Notes under the pieces: model-generated
Seen by the model: the letters and a program-made list of their open reading frames with translations, nothing else
The model's database searches: none
What the model was told of the DNA's origin: nothing
Source of the DNA: Rickettsiales bacterium
GTDB taxonomy: Bacteria > Pseudomonadota > Alphaproteobacteria > Rs-D84
Length of the DNA stretch: 50,565 bases
NCBI GenBank assembly: GCA_031256175.1
Contig: JAIRRC010000016.1
Span: forward strand, 1 to 50,565
Direction: 5' to 3'
In this document: in pieces, positions 9,003-18,235 of the stretch
Layout of the letters: every line of letters starts with the position of its first letter
How positions within the stretch are numbered: position 1 is the stretch's first letter
Position numbers and translations under genes: made by a program

Positions 9003-10457
9003 ATGTCGAATCGTCTTCCACAAATTTCCAAACTTAAAGAAGAATGCGGGATTATGGGCGTATCGAATGCGAAGAACGCCTGTTTCGCGACGGCCATCGG
9101 GCTTTATGCGCTTCAACACCGCGGCCAAGAATCCGCAGGCATAATCGTTCAGGGTCCCGAAAAATTCCACATTCGCCGCGGCGAGGGCGCGGTGCTTAAC
9201 AATTTCGATTTGGGCCGGCCCGACAGCATGCCCGCCGGCCGCGCCGCAATCGGCCATGTGCGGTATTCCACCGCGGGCGGGCCGGGCGCCGAGAATATCC
9301 AGCCTTTCACGTTGAACACCGACATCGGGAAAATCGCCCTGGCCCACAACGGCAATCTGACAAATGCGCAGACATTGAAAGAAGAGCTGCTTGCGGGCGG
9401 GATGCCTTTCGTGTCCAATTCCGATTCAGAGGTCGCGCTTAACCTTATCGCGTCGCTTAACGGCGAAAAGGATTTTCCCGCGCGGCTTATAAAAGCATTC
9501 TCGCGCCTGGTCGGCGCCTTTTCGTTCCTTGTCATGACCGACGGAAAAATCGCCGCGGTTCGCGACCCGCGCGGCATGCGCCCGCTTGTCATGGGAAGAA
9601 AGGACGGCGGGTTCGCTTTCGCGTCCGAGACCGCCGCTTTGGACATGGCCGGCGCCGAGTATGTCCGCGACCTTGACCCCGGTGAAATCGTCATAGTCGA
9701 AACCGGCGTTTCCGGGCGCGAGCCCTTATCTTATTCCCTTCCCGAAACCGCGCCGGAAAGATTCTGCATTTTCGAGTATGTTTATTTTATGCGCTCGAAC
9801 TCTAAAATCCGCGGCGTTCACGCCGCGGAATTCCGCAAGGCCGTCGGGCGCGAGCTTGCGAAAGAATTCGAACGCGAAGCCGACATAATCGTTCCGGTTC
9901 CCGATTCAGGCGTGCATGCGGCTTTGGGAATGGCCGCGCAGATGAACGTTCCTTATGAAATGGGAATCGTCCGCGGGCACTATATTCAAGGACGGACTTT
10001 CATCGCGCCGACGCAAGAGGCCCGCTGTCTTAAAACCGCCCTTAAACTTTCCGTCGACCGCAACTATATATCAGGCAAGCGCATCGCGCTGGTCGACGAC
10101 AGCATAGTTCGCGGCACCACCATGAAGAGCATCGTCAGGCTGCTTCGCGAAGCGGACGCGAAGGAAATACACGTCGTATCCGCCAGCCCCGCGCTTTCTC
10201 ATCCATGTTTTTACGGCGTCGACATGCAGACTTACGAAGAACTGATTAGCCATTCGCACACCCCGGCGGAGATGGCCGCATTTTTCAACGCAGACTCGGT
10301 CCAGTTCGTTTCCGTCGACGGACTTTACCGCGGATTCCTTAACGCAAGCGGACGCCTTGGGGACAGGTTCACCTGCGACGCCTGCATGACCGGGCAATAC
10401 GACACGCCGATAGTGGACGCCGCGCTTAAAGCCCGGCTACTTGGAAGAAAAAGATAA
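9003..10457 (+). CDS. purF: Amidophosphoribosyltransferase
   Basis: Propeptide ...KLKEE-CG; LQHRGQESAG, GHVRYST, HNGN, PRPP loop VDDSIVRGTT, Fe-S Cys (CFYG, CDACMTG). Start ATG 9003 preferred. Confidence 0.97.
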   Translation: MSNRLPQISKLKEECGIMGVSNAKNACFATAIGLYALQHRGQESAGIIVQGPEKFHIRRGEGAVLNNFDLGRPDSMPAGRAAIGHVRYSTAGGPGAENIQPFTLNTDIGKIALAHNGNLTNAQTLKEELLAGGMPFVSNSDSEVALNLIASLNGEKDFPARLIKAFSRLVGAFSFLVMTDGKIAAVRDPRGMRPLVMGRKDGGFAFASETAALDMAGAEYVRDLDPGEIVIVETGVSGREPLSYSLPETAPERFCIFEYVYFMRSNSKIRGVHAAEFRKAVGRELAKEFEREADIIVPVPDSGVHAALGMAAQMNVPYEMGIVRGHYIQGRTFIAPTQEARCLKTALKLSVDRNYISGKRIALVDDSIVRGTTMKSIVRLLREADAKEIHVVSASPALSHPCFYGVDMQTYEELISHSHTPAEMAAFFNADSVQFVSVDGLYRGFLNASGRLGDRFTCDACMTGQYDTPIVDAALKARLLGRKR

Positions 10458-10533
10458 AAATATTGACTTTTTTCTTAATGCGGCCTAGGCTTCTTGTCAT
10501 GCAATACGCCGCGAAATGACTGAGCGGGGAAAA

Positions 10534-11364
10534 ATGACGAAGGCGACCCTTACATTCGACACGAAATTCAATCCCGCGCGGGCGGCGGCTTTCAGCGCGA
10601 TTGCCGGGACCCTTGCCGCCGCGGAATGGAAGCCCACGACCGAAGTCGAATTCCGCGACATCCTTCAAAAAAATCTTTCGGACAAGGAAACCATCATAAA
10701 TGACGGATGGTATTCGCCGCCGCCCTTCGGGTGCGCCGTTCTTTTCGGGAAGGAAAGGATTAGCTTCAAGAGCCTTCGTTCCGAGTCGTTCTGGCCGTCG
10801 AACGAAAACAAAATCGATTTCGAGGACGGGCTTATGTATGCCTATTGCTCGCCCGTGCACAAAGAAACCGGAACCATCGGCGATATTTCCGTCTGCCTTT
10901 ATTTCGGGGCGGACGAGCGCATCCGAGCGCATTTCATAAACGCCCACCGCGCCACCGCCGCGCTTATCGGGCGCCTGCCGGAAGTTTCGAATTCCTTCGA
11001 ACTATGGGACTTGTCCCGCCGCGTTTTCAAGGAACACAATCTGGCCAACAATATCGACAGCGTCAGCGACCCTTTGAACAACAATATCGGGCATACTTTT
11101 CCTTCGCTTGGAAAAATCCATACGGACGCTTTATCCGCCGAACAAAAATCCGAACTCAGCCGCGCGCGGAAATTCATAAACGGCGGCGTTCCGCCTTTCG
11201 AATTTATCGACGGAATGCAATTCACGATAGAACCGCAGCTGTATTCGACGACCGACCCGGCGCTGCCCAAGGCGACGCTTCATTATCTGGCGCAGAAAAT
11301 TCCGGGCGGCTACCGCGTTTGCAATATCGTCGACAGGCTTTCGGCGAAATACAGGTTAACGTAA
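10534..11364 (+). CDS. M24 (pita-bread fold) peptidase-like protein
   Basis: GDIS, NIGHT and GMQFTIEPQLY resemble the M24 metal-binding motifs; start could be 10516. Confidence 0.6.
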   Translation: MTKATLTFDTKFNPARAAAFSAIAGTLAAAEWKPTTEVEFRDILQKNLSDKETIINDGWYSPPPFGCAVLFGKERISFKSLRSESFWPSNENKIDFEDGLMYAYCSPVHKETGTIGDISVCLYFGADERIRAHFINAHRATAALIGRLPEVSNSFELWDLSRRVFKEHNLANNIDSVSDPLNNNIGHTFPSLGKIHTDALSAEQKSELSRARKFINGGVPPFEFIDGMQFTIEPQLYSTTDPALPKATLHYLAQKIPGGYRVCNIVDRLSAKYRLT

Positions 11365-11382
11365 ACAAAAAAGGAGCGCAAA

Positions 11383-12786
11383 ATGAACGGCAAGATAAAC
11401 ACGAGGATAACGCTTAAAGCCCTCGCAATCGGGGCTTTGGCGCTTATTATGCTGATTCCGCTTTTGTTCGTTTCCGGCGTAATCGACGGGCGCCTGAACT
11501 ACCGCGACGAGGCCGCCAAAAAAATCACCAACGCATGGGGCGGGCCGCTGCTTGTCGCCGCGCCGGTCCTTAACATCCCTTATAAGGTTCAGATAACCGA
11601 CGACAGGACGAAGGCCGTTTCCTATGAAACCCGCTGGCTTAAAGTCGCGCCGAAAGAAGCGCTAAGCGCCGCAGACATAAAAACCCAGACGCGCTATATC
11701 GGAATTTTCAGGGTGCCGGTTTATACCGCCGACATTTCCATCAAGGGCAAGTTCGACATAGCGGGCGCGATAAAAGGAAAGGAAAACCTTAGCGTGTCCG
11801 GCGCCTTCATCACGCTGGAACTGAACGACCTTAAAGGCATGGGCGTGGAATCGCCCGTTCTTAAATGGAACGGCAAGGCGCACGAATTCGAACCGATGAC
11901 AAACGGCAAGACGCTGTCGGCCGGCGTGCCGACCCAAAGGGATTTGGACAGCGGAAGCTGGGACATGAATTCCAGCAAAGGCTTTTATCGCAACCGCGAA
12001 ATAAGCGCGGACCTGAAAGCCCTTAGCACCGCGGTCAATGCGAAAGCCGCAAGCGCGGATTTTGAAATCAGCTTCAATATCAAGGGGAGCCGCAGCATAA
12101 GCTTCGCGCCGATTGCGGGCAAGCACACCATCGCCGTCAAATCCGACTGGACGAACCCGAGTTTTTATGGAAGCTTTCTGCCCGACGAAAAGAACGTCGA
12201 CGGCGCCGGATTTTCCGCGCGGTGGGACATCGGCAACCTTGCGTCCGGAATTCCGACGACCGATTTAAGCAAGGCCGACCTTTCCGGTGTCATAATAACC
12301 AGCGCGTTCTTGGTGCCGGTCGACAATTACCGCAGCGCGGAGCGGGCGCTTAAATACGGAATCCTGTTCATCATACTGACGTTCCTTGCGTGCTTCATTT
12401 TCGAAATCGCGAGCGGGCGGCCGATACACCCATTCCAGTATCTGCTTGTCGGTTTCGCGATGGCGATATTCTATATCCTGCTTGTGTCGCTGTCCGAATT
12501 CATGGCGTTTTCGTTGGCTTATATAATAGCCGCGCTTGCCACAACCGGGCTGATAACCGCGTATATAAAGACCGCAGTGGTCAAGAACCTGGACAGGCGG
12601 AGCGCGGGAATCGTATTCGGCGCTTTCGCGGCATTGTACGGATACCTTTATATTCTTCTGTTGCTGCAAGACATGGCTTTGATATTCGGCGCAATCGGAC
12701 TCTTCATCGGTCTTGCGGCGGCGATGTATGCGACAAAGAATATCAAGTGGTATGAAGCCATACAGGCGCCCGCCAAAAAGAAATAG
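11383..12786 (+). CDS. creD: Inner-membrane protein CreD
   Basis: PVDNYRSAERALKYGILFI and IHPFQYLLVG...LLVSLSE motifs; one N-terminal and several C-terminal TM helices. Confidence 0.92.
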   Translation: MNGKINTRITLKALAIGALALIMLIPLLFVSGVIDGRLNYRDEAAKKITNAWGGPLLVAAPVLNIPYKVQITDDRTKAVSYETRWLKVAPKEALSAADIKTQTRYIGIFRVPVYTADISIKGKFDIAGAIKGKENLSVSGAFITLELNDLKGMGVESPVLKWNGKAHEFEPMTNGKTLSAGVPTQRDLDSGSWDMNSSKGFYRNREISADLKALSTAVNAKAASADFEISFNIKGSRSISFAPIAGKHTIAVKSDWTNPSFYGSFLPDEKNVDGAGFSARWDIGNLASGIPTTDLSKADLSGVIITSAFLVPVDNYRSAERALKYGILFIILTFLACFIFEIASGRPIHPFQYLLVGFAMAIFYILLVSLSEFMAFSLAYIIAALATTGLITAYIKTAVVKNLDRRSAGIVFGAFAALYGYLYILLLLQDMALIFGAIGLFIGLAAAMYATKNIKWYEAIQAPAKKK

Positions 12787-12842
12787 TTCCTATTTGTTTC
12801 CGATAAATTTTTGATAAAATTTATCGGGCAAAGGGGGACGCC

Positions 12843-13400
12843 ATGTTTTCGCTCAATCAATTTCCGCTGCCGTTCGCGCGCGGTTCCTTGGAACCTTATA
12901 TTTCCGAACGCACCATCGGCTTCCATTACGACAAGCACCTGGGCGGTTATATCGACAACCTTAACGCGCTTATAAAAAGCACGCAATTCGAGAACGCGCC
13001 GCTTGGCCAAATCATAAAGGAATCCGACGGAAAGGTTTTCAACAACGCCGCGCAGATTTTCAACCATGTTTTCTTTTTCGCCGGGCTGTCGAATTCGGAT
13101 GAAAAGATTCCCGCGGAAATTTCCTCCGCATTCAAAGATTTCAAATCCGAATTCAAGGCCGCCGCTTTATCCGTTTTCGGAAGCGGCTGGGTTTGGCTTG
13201 CGGACAACAGGGGCGCGCTTGAAATCATGACGACCGCAAACGCCGACACGCCGATGACGCGCGGCAGGAAGCCGCTGCTGGCGCTGGACGTTTGGGAGCA
13301 CGCCTATTATCTTGACTACCAAAACCGCCGCGGGGATTTCTGCGACGCTTTCCTGGACCATATTGTCAATTGGAAATTCGTCCTAAGCAATCTGAAATAA
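12843..13400 (+). CDS. sodB: Superoxide dismutase, Fe-type
   Basis: HYDKH, NNAAQIFNH, FGSGWVWL, DVWEHAYY; AAQ motif favours Fe. Confidence 0.95.
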   Translation: MFSLNQFPLPFARGSLEPYISERTIGFHYDKHLGGYIDNLNALIKSTQFENAPLGQIIKESDGKVFNNAAQIFNHVFFFAGLSNSDEKIPAEISSAFKDFKSEFKAAALSVFGSGWVWLADNRGALEIMTTANADTPMTRGRKPLLALDVWEHAYYLDYQNRRGDFCDAFLDHIVNWKFVLSNLK

Positions 13401-13444
13401 CATATTGATTTTTCCGTTCCGCACGCTATAATCCCGGCTGAGAG

Positions 13445-15328
13445 ATGTGGAACACAAAGGAAACCGGCGTGGCCGTATCGCTCAGCAATCGTATTTTCTC
13501 GGAATGTTTCCATGCGACCAGTTCCTTGGCCCGGGAAAAAGAGCTGCCAGGCCTCTGCTTCATAAATATTTACGACGACCGCGGATACAGGTATTACGAG
13601 GCGTCCGACAGATATATTCTTATAAGAAAGCGCGAGGAAATCCCCGAAGGCGAGGATGAGTTGTCCGAGCCAATTCGCATATTGCCGCAAAAGAAATACA
13701 TTTATCGCAGCAACGAGCTTATAGGGCGCTTCGTTCCCGACCCGGACGACATAATCAAGATAGATTATCCAAGTTTCGACGGGATAATTCCGCGGAACGG
13801 CAGCATATTCGACAAGGATGCCGCGAAGCCATGGATTTCCAAAAAGAATTTCAACGTCATAACGCACTTTTGGAAGTTGGATATATCCAAATTCTGGCTG
13901 CAAGCCGGAGAGGGCGACAACGGCTTTCTGGGCGGCCTAATCTATTACAAGGACGACGACATACAAGTGTGCTGCATGCTGCAACTGCCCATGAAGACGA
14001 TAGAAGTGCCCGTTCTGGACAAGGTGGAAAAAGTATCCGACGGAAACAAATTCACAATGGCCGGCTTGGAATTCGAGATGGACGCGCGGAGCGTTTTATC
14101 GACGCCGGATGAAATTCTTGCGGCGATTAAGAAGCTTATGCTCGAAAAGGGATTCGAAGAAGACGATGTCCACGGCCTTAACGAAGTTTTGAAGGAACTG
14201 GGTCTTACTTTGCGAGGGCCGGGGGCGAAGCCCGGCAAATACATTCCGCCGTCCAGCTCGTTCGAGGAATTCCGCGACAATGTCGACGCGGACAGAAAAA
14301 TGCTCAGCCAGTATATGCTGGCCGACAATTTGAAAATATCCTACGGGCCGTCAAAGACGCGCATAAGCAGTTTGGCCGAGGTTTTCACGGAACTTTATAT
14401 TTCCTTGAAATGCGATTCCTTGGAATCTTTCATGAAAAAGACGGGCGGCCTGTTTTCGGCGGCGCAGTTGGAATCAATCATGCGGGGCAGGGCTTATATA
14501 TCGCCCGCCGCATTCAAATACATCCGGCTTATGGCGGATTTCCACATAACGCCCAAAAAACTTTCGAAGCTCAACCTCGACGTCATAAAAAGCGAGAAGG
14601 CCGCGCGCTGCGTCGATGTCGACATGAAGCTGCTTGGCGAGCTGACGCGCAAGGCGGCGAAAATGCGCGCGCATATCCGTCGCGAAAAGCGCCGCGTCTA
14701 CAACCTCGAACGCAGGGAGACGAACAGGCGAAGCGGCAAGTATGAGAACATTTACGGCGACAAGACAAGCGTCACCCCATCCATGCGCGAATCCATCGAC
14801 AAGAGCCGCGCCAAGCGAAACGCGAAGAACGAGCTGGGCAAGAAAATCTGCCCCGCCGTCCGCATGTTCATGGATTTGAAAAAATCGCTAAGCTATACCA
14901 CCGAGAAAACATTCAACGACCTGGTGACCATAGGCCGCAACCGCTATATGCGAATTTGGCTCGATAAGGAAAGCGACGAAGAACATTACGATTTGGAAGG
15001 AGAGTTCCGCTACAAGCAGGTAAGCTGGAAGATGAAGCGCGTGTATGTGAAGTATAAACGCACGCATTCGTCCGAAGCCGCCGCAATACATTGCGACTTT
15101 CCGAACCATGGGCGGAAACCGCTTAAAGTGAAGACGACTTGTCCGGCCTTGCAAAACGCGGACTACACCCTTTGCCCGTTCTATAAAAACGCCGGATATA
15201 TTTACAATAAAGAATACGAGAAGTGCGAGATGGAAAGCTTTCTTCAAAGGTTCCGCGGCGAGGCCGAGGAAGTCTTGCAGCACTATATCGACAAGATAAA
15301 GGCCGAACACGAGCAAAAATCGCTTTAA
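13445..15328 (+). CDS. Hypothetical protein with a possible beta-clamp-like N-terminal domain
   Basis: 627-aa ORF; FHATSS..R..LPG, EASDRY, YPSFDGIIP, LQLPMK echo DnaN motifs; basic coiled-coil middle; Cys/His-rich C-terminus. Confidence 0.6.
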   Translation: MWNTKETGVAVSLSNRIFSECFHATSSLAREKELPGLCFINIYDDRGYRYYEASDRYILIRKREEIPEGEDELSEPIRILPQKKYIYRSNELIGRFVPDPDDIIKIDYPSFDGIIPRNGSIFDKDAAKPWISKKNFNVITHFWKLDISKFWLQAGEGDNGFLGGLIYYKDDDIQVCCMLQLPMKTIEVPVLDKVEKVSDGNKFTMAGLEFEMDARSVLSTPDEILAAIKKLMLEKGFEEDDVHGLNEVLKELGLTLRGPGAKPGKYIPPSSSFEEFRDNVDADRKMLSQYMLADNLKISYGPSKTRISSLAEVFTELYISLKCDSLESFMKKTGGLFSAAQLESIMRGRAYISPAAFKYIRLMADFHITPKKLSKLNLDVIKSEKAARCVDVDMKLLGELTRKAAKMRAHIRREKRRVYNLERRETNRRSGKYENIYGDKTSVTPSMRESIDKSRAKRNAKNELGKKICPAVRMFMDLKKSLSYTTEKTFNDLVTIGRNRYMRIWLDKESDEEHYDLEGEFRYKQVSWKMKRVYVKYKRTHSSEAAAIHCDFPNHGRKPLKVKTTCPALQNADYTLCPFYKNAGYIYNKEYEKCEMESFLQRFRGEAEEVLQHYIDKIKAEHEQKSL

Positions 15329-15412
15329 TAAAAGGGCTTGCATTATCCCGTTTTAATGCTAGGCTTTGTTCGAATGGGGATGCCGGAGAGAGCAAACCAA
15401 AAGGACCGCTCT

Positions 15413-16243
15413 ATGGGCGATATAATAATTGTCGGATACGGCAAGATGGGCAAAGAAATCCACAATGCCGCAAATTCCAGAAACGTCAAAGTCAGATTCG
15501 CAGTAGACCCGGTCGCAGACGCCTCGCCTTTCAATTTCCGCGAATTGGGAAAATTCCTTTCAACTTACAAATACGATTTGGGCGGGATGACCGCCGTCGA
15601 TTTCACAGAGCCCAAGTCCGCCTTGGACAACATCAAGCAATATTGCAAATACGGAATGAACTTCGTAATCGGCACCACCGGCGAATGGCGCAACGACCTC
15701 GACGCCGCGCGCAAGATGGTGGAAGACGCCGGAATCACCGCGGTTCACGGCTCGAACTTTTCGACCAAGGTCCATGTCTTCATGATTATGAACCGCGTGC
15801 TTGCATCCATGTTGAACGATATTCCGAACTTCGACGTGTCGATAGTCGAACGCCACCACCCGATGAAAAAAGACCCGTCCGGCACCGGAACCACCATGGC
15901 CAAGGACATAATATCCGCCGGGTATTTCGGAAAGACCGAACTGCTGACCGAGCTTGCAGGCGCGCTGGCCCCGAACCAAATCATGATGGCCGTGTCCCGC
16001 CTTGCCGGAATCGTAGGCGAGCATGAAATCAGATACACCGACGACGCGCGCGACGGAAGCGTCAAGAACGACACCATAACCATTTCCGAAGTCGCCGGGA
16101 ACCGCAGCGGTTTCGCCAACGGCGCTTTGGACGCGGTGAAATATATCGAAGAAAGCGGAAAGGCGGGCTTCGTCGATTACGCCGACGTGGTCATGGCGCG
16201 CTTCAAACCACTTATAATAAACGAATTGAACAGGAGCAAATAA
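15413..16243 (+). CDS. dapB: 4-hydroxy-tetrahydrodipicolinate reductase
   Basis: IVGYGKMG, DFTEP, VIGTTG, SNFS, ERHHPMKKDPSGT, GIVGEH; ATG 15413. Confidence 0.92.
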   Translation: MGDIIIVGYGKMGKEIHNAANSRNVKVRFAVDPVADASPFNFRELGKFLSTYKYDLGGMTAVDFTEPKSALDNIKQYCKYGMNFVIGTTGEWRNDLDAARKMVEDAGITAVHGSNFSTKVHVFMIMNRVLASMLNDIPNFDVSIVERHHPMKKDPSGTGTTMAKDIISAGYFGKTELLTELAGALAPNQIMMAVSRLAGIVGEHEIRYTDDARDGSVKNDTITISEVAGNRSGFANGALDAVKYIEESGKAGFVDYADVVMARFKPLIINELNRSK

Positions 16244-17190
16244 TGATAAAAGTTTTCATAGACGGACGCAACGGAACCACCGGGCTTAAAATAGACGAAA
16301 GGATGGCCGCGCGCGACGATGTCAGCGTCATGACCATACCGGACGAGCTTCGCAAAGACCCGGCCGAAAAGAAAAAATACATGAACGACGCAGACGTCGT
16401 GTTCCTTTGCCTTGACGACAAGGCCGCGATGGAATCGGTCGCGCTGGTCGAAAATCCCGACACCATAATCATCGACGCCAGCACGGCGCACCGCACAAAC
16501 CCGGACTGGGTCTACGGCTTTCCAGAACTTTGCGACGAACAGCGCGAGGCCATCGCGAATTCGAATAGCATCGCGAACCCGGGCTGCCATGCGACCGGTT
16601 TCATAAGCGTCGTTTATCCGCTTATCGTGGGCAACGTGGTTTCCGAAGAAAACACATTCACGTGCTTTTCCATAACGGGATATTCCGGCGGCGGGAAAAA
16701 CATGATTAAGGAATACGAGTCCGACGAGGCGGGAAAGCTCGACAGCCCCATGCCTTATGGACTTGCGAACCCGCTGAACCACAAGCACCTGCCGGAAATG
16801 AAGGCGATGTGCAGGCTGAAAAGTTCGCCGATATTCGTTCCGGTTCTTGGTAAAATCGCGCAGGGGATGAACACGATGGTCGCGATTGACTGCAAAGACA
16901 TCCTTTTCTATGGCGCGAAGGAAATCCACGAGGCGCTGTCCGACCATTATGCCGGAAAGACCTTCGTCAAGGTCATGCCGCTGGGCGGAGAAGACTTCCT
17001 TAATGCCGGAAGACTCGACGCGCAAAGATGCAACGGAACCAATAATCTGGAAATCTCCGTCTTCGGGCGCCAAGACCAGGCGCTGGTTTGCGCCGTGTTC
17101 GACAATCTGGGCAAGGGCGCTTCGGGCGCGGCCATTCAGAACATGAACATCGCGCTCGGCATCGCCGAAACCAAAGGTCTTGTGCGATAA
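16243..17190 (+). CDS. argC: N-acetyl-gamma-glutamyl-phosphate reductase (type 2)
   Basis: KVFIDGRNGTTGLKI, IANPGCHATG, DNLGKGASGAAIQNMN; overlaps the dapB stop. Confidence 0.95.
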   Translation: MIKVFIDGRNGTTGLKIDERMAARDDVSVMTIPDELRKDPAEKKKYMNDADVVFLCLDDKAAMESVALVENPDTIIIDASTAHRTNPDWVYGFPELCDEQREAIANSNSIANPGCHATGFISVVYPLIVGNVVSEENTFTCFSITGYSGGGKNMIKEYESDEAGKLDSPMPYGLANPLNHKHLPEMKAMCRLKSSPIFVPVLGKIAQGMNTMVAIDCKDILFYGAKEIHEALSDHYAGKTFVKVMPLGGEDFLNAGRLDAQRCNGTNNLEISVFGRQDQALVCAVFDNLGKGASGAAIQNMNIALGIAETKGLVR

Positions 17191-17196
17191 GGACCG

Positions 17197-17589
17197 CTAG
17201 CGGCGGAAGTGCATATTTCCGCCGCCATGAAATTCGCCGCCGTGCATGGCGCTGCCGCGGAAGCTGTCGCTACGGAAACTTTCCCCCTCGTAATTCGTGA
17301 AGTCGTGAATCGCGGGCGCGCCCGTATGCTCGCGCGCCAGGCTGCGACGCTCGTCCACGCCTATATCCATCCAGCGGTCGCGCGGAACGCCCGACCAAAG
17401 CAGGACCGCGTCGCCGCAATCAAGCCCAAGATAATTCCAATTCCCGACCATGCAATCGCCCAGCGCGTCGACGCCCGCGCAATATTCCTCTATCTCGGGC
17501 CCGCAGGCGTCCACGAACGGGTATTCGTAGAAGGCGCACGCCGGCGCCGCGAACGCGAAACAAAATAAAGAAGCCATAATCTTTTTCAT
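17197..17589 (-). CDS. Secreted small Cys-containing hypothetical protein
   Basis: Signal peptide MKKIMASLFCFAFAAPACA; C-x7-C-x8-C-x10-C pattern; Gly-rich tail. Confidence 0.7.
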   Translation of the reverse strand: MKKIMASLFCFAFAAPACAFYEYPFVDACGPEIEEYCAGVDALGDCMVGNWNYLGLDCGDAVLLWSGVPRDRWMDIGVDERRSLAREHTGAPAIHDFTNYEGESFRSDSFRGSAMHGGEFHGGGNMHFRR

Positions 17590-17675
17590 ACCGGGATTTT
17601 GCGCGAACCGAAACGTCCGCGCATCAGGAAGATAGTCTTAGTGCATGGCGGCGCGCGAAACGGCATAATCATCGT

Positions 17676-18203
17676 ATGGGAAAAATAATCAAACTAATAT
17701 TTTTATTCTCGTTCGCATTCGCGGTTCTTCCGGCGCGCGCTTGGGAGCTTGGCAGCAACACCATCCACGAGGGCGAGCGCATGGCGGCCGACCAGGCCGC
17801 ATACGAATGCGACGGCGCGAATATTTCGCCCGACCTTTTCTGGGGCGACGCGCCCGACGGCACGCGCAGCATGGCGCTTGTCATGCACGACCCGAGGGCA
17901 GCCAGCGCGGACGGATTCTATCACTGGATAATCGTCGACATACCCGAAAGCGTTCAAGGTTTCAGCATGGGCGAGAATTTTCTTCCGCCGATACGCGAAG
18001 TCGCCGGCGATTCAGGCATGCCCGGATATTACGGCGTCTGTCCGCCCGCGGGCAGCGGCAAGCATTTTTATGTTTTCACTTTATACGCCCTGAATGTGGA
18101 CAGACTTCATCTGGACGAGGCGGATACGCCCGCAGAGATTCACGATGTCATCAAATCGCACGCCATACATGCGACCCAGATAACGGCGACGTTCGAAAGG
18201 TAA
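17676..18203 (+). CDS. YbhB/YbcL (PEBP/Raf kinase inhibitor-like) periplasmic protein
   Basis: Signal peptide; NISPDLFW, MHDP, FYHW, GYYGVCPP, HFYVFTLYAL. Confidence 0.92.
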   Translation: MGKIIKLIFLFSFAFAVLPARAWELGSNTIHEGERMAADQAAYECDGANISPDLFWGDAPDGTRSMALVMHDPRAASADGFYHWIIVDIPESVQGFSMGENFLPPIREVAGDSGMPGYYGVCPPAGSGKHFYVFTLYALNVDRLHLDEADTPAEIHDVIKSHAIHATQITATFER

Positions 18204-18234
18204 AAAAACTCCCCCGGTTTCGGGGGAGTTTTTT
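18204..18234. terminator. Bidirectional intrinsic terminator
   Basis: AAAAACTCCCCC-GGTTTC-GGGGGAGTTTTTT between convergent genes. Confidence 0.85.
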
Positions 18235-18235
18235 G

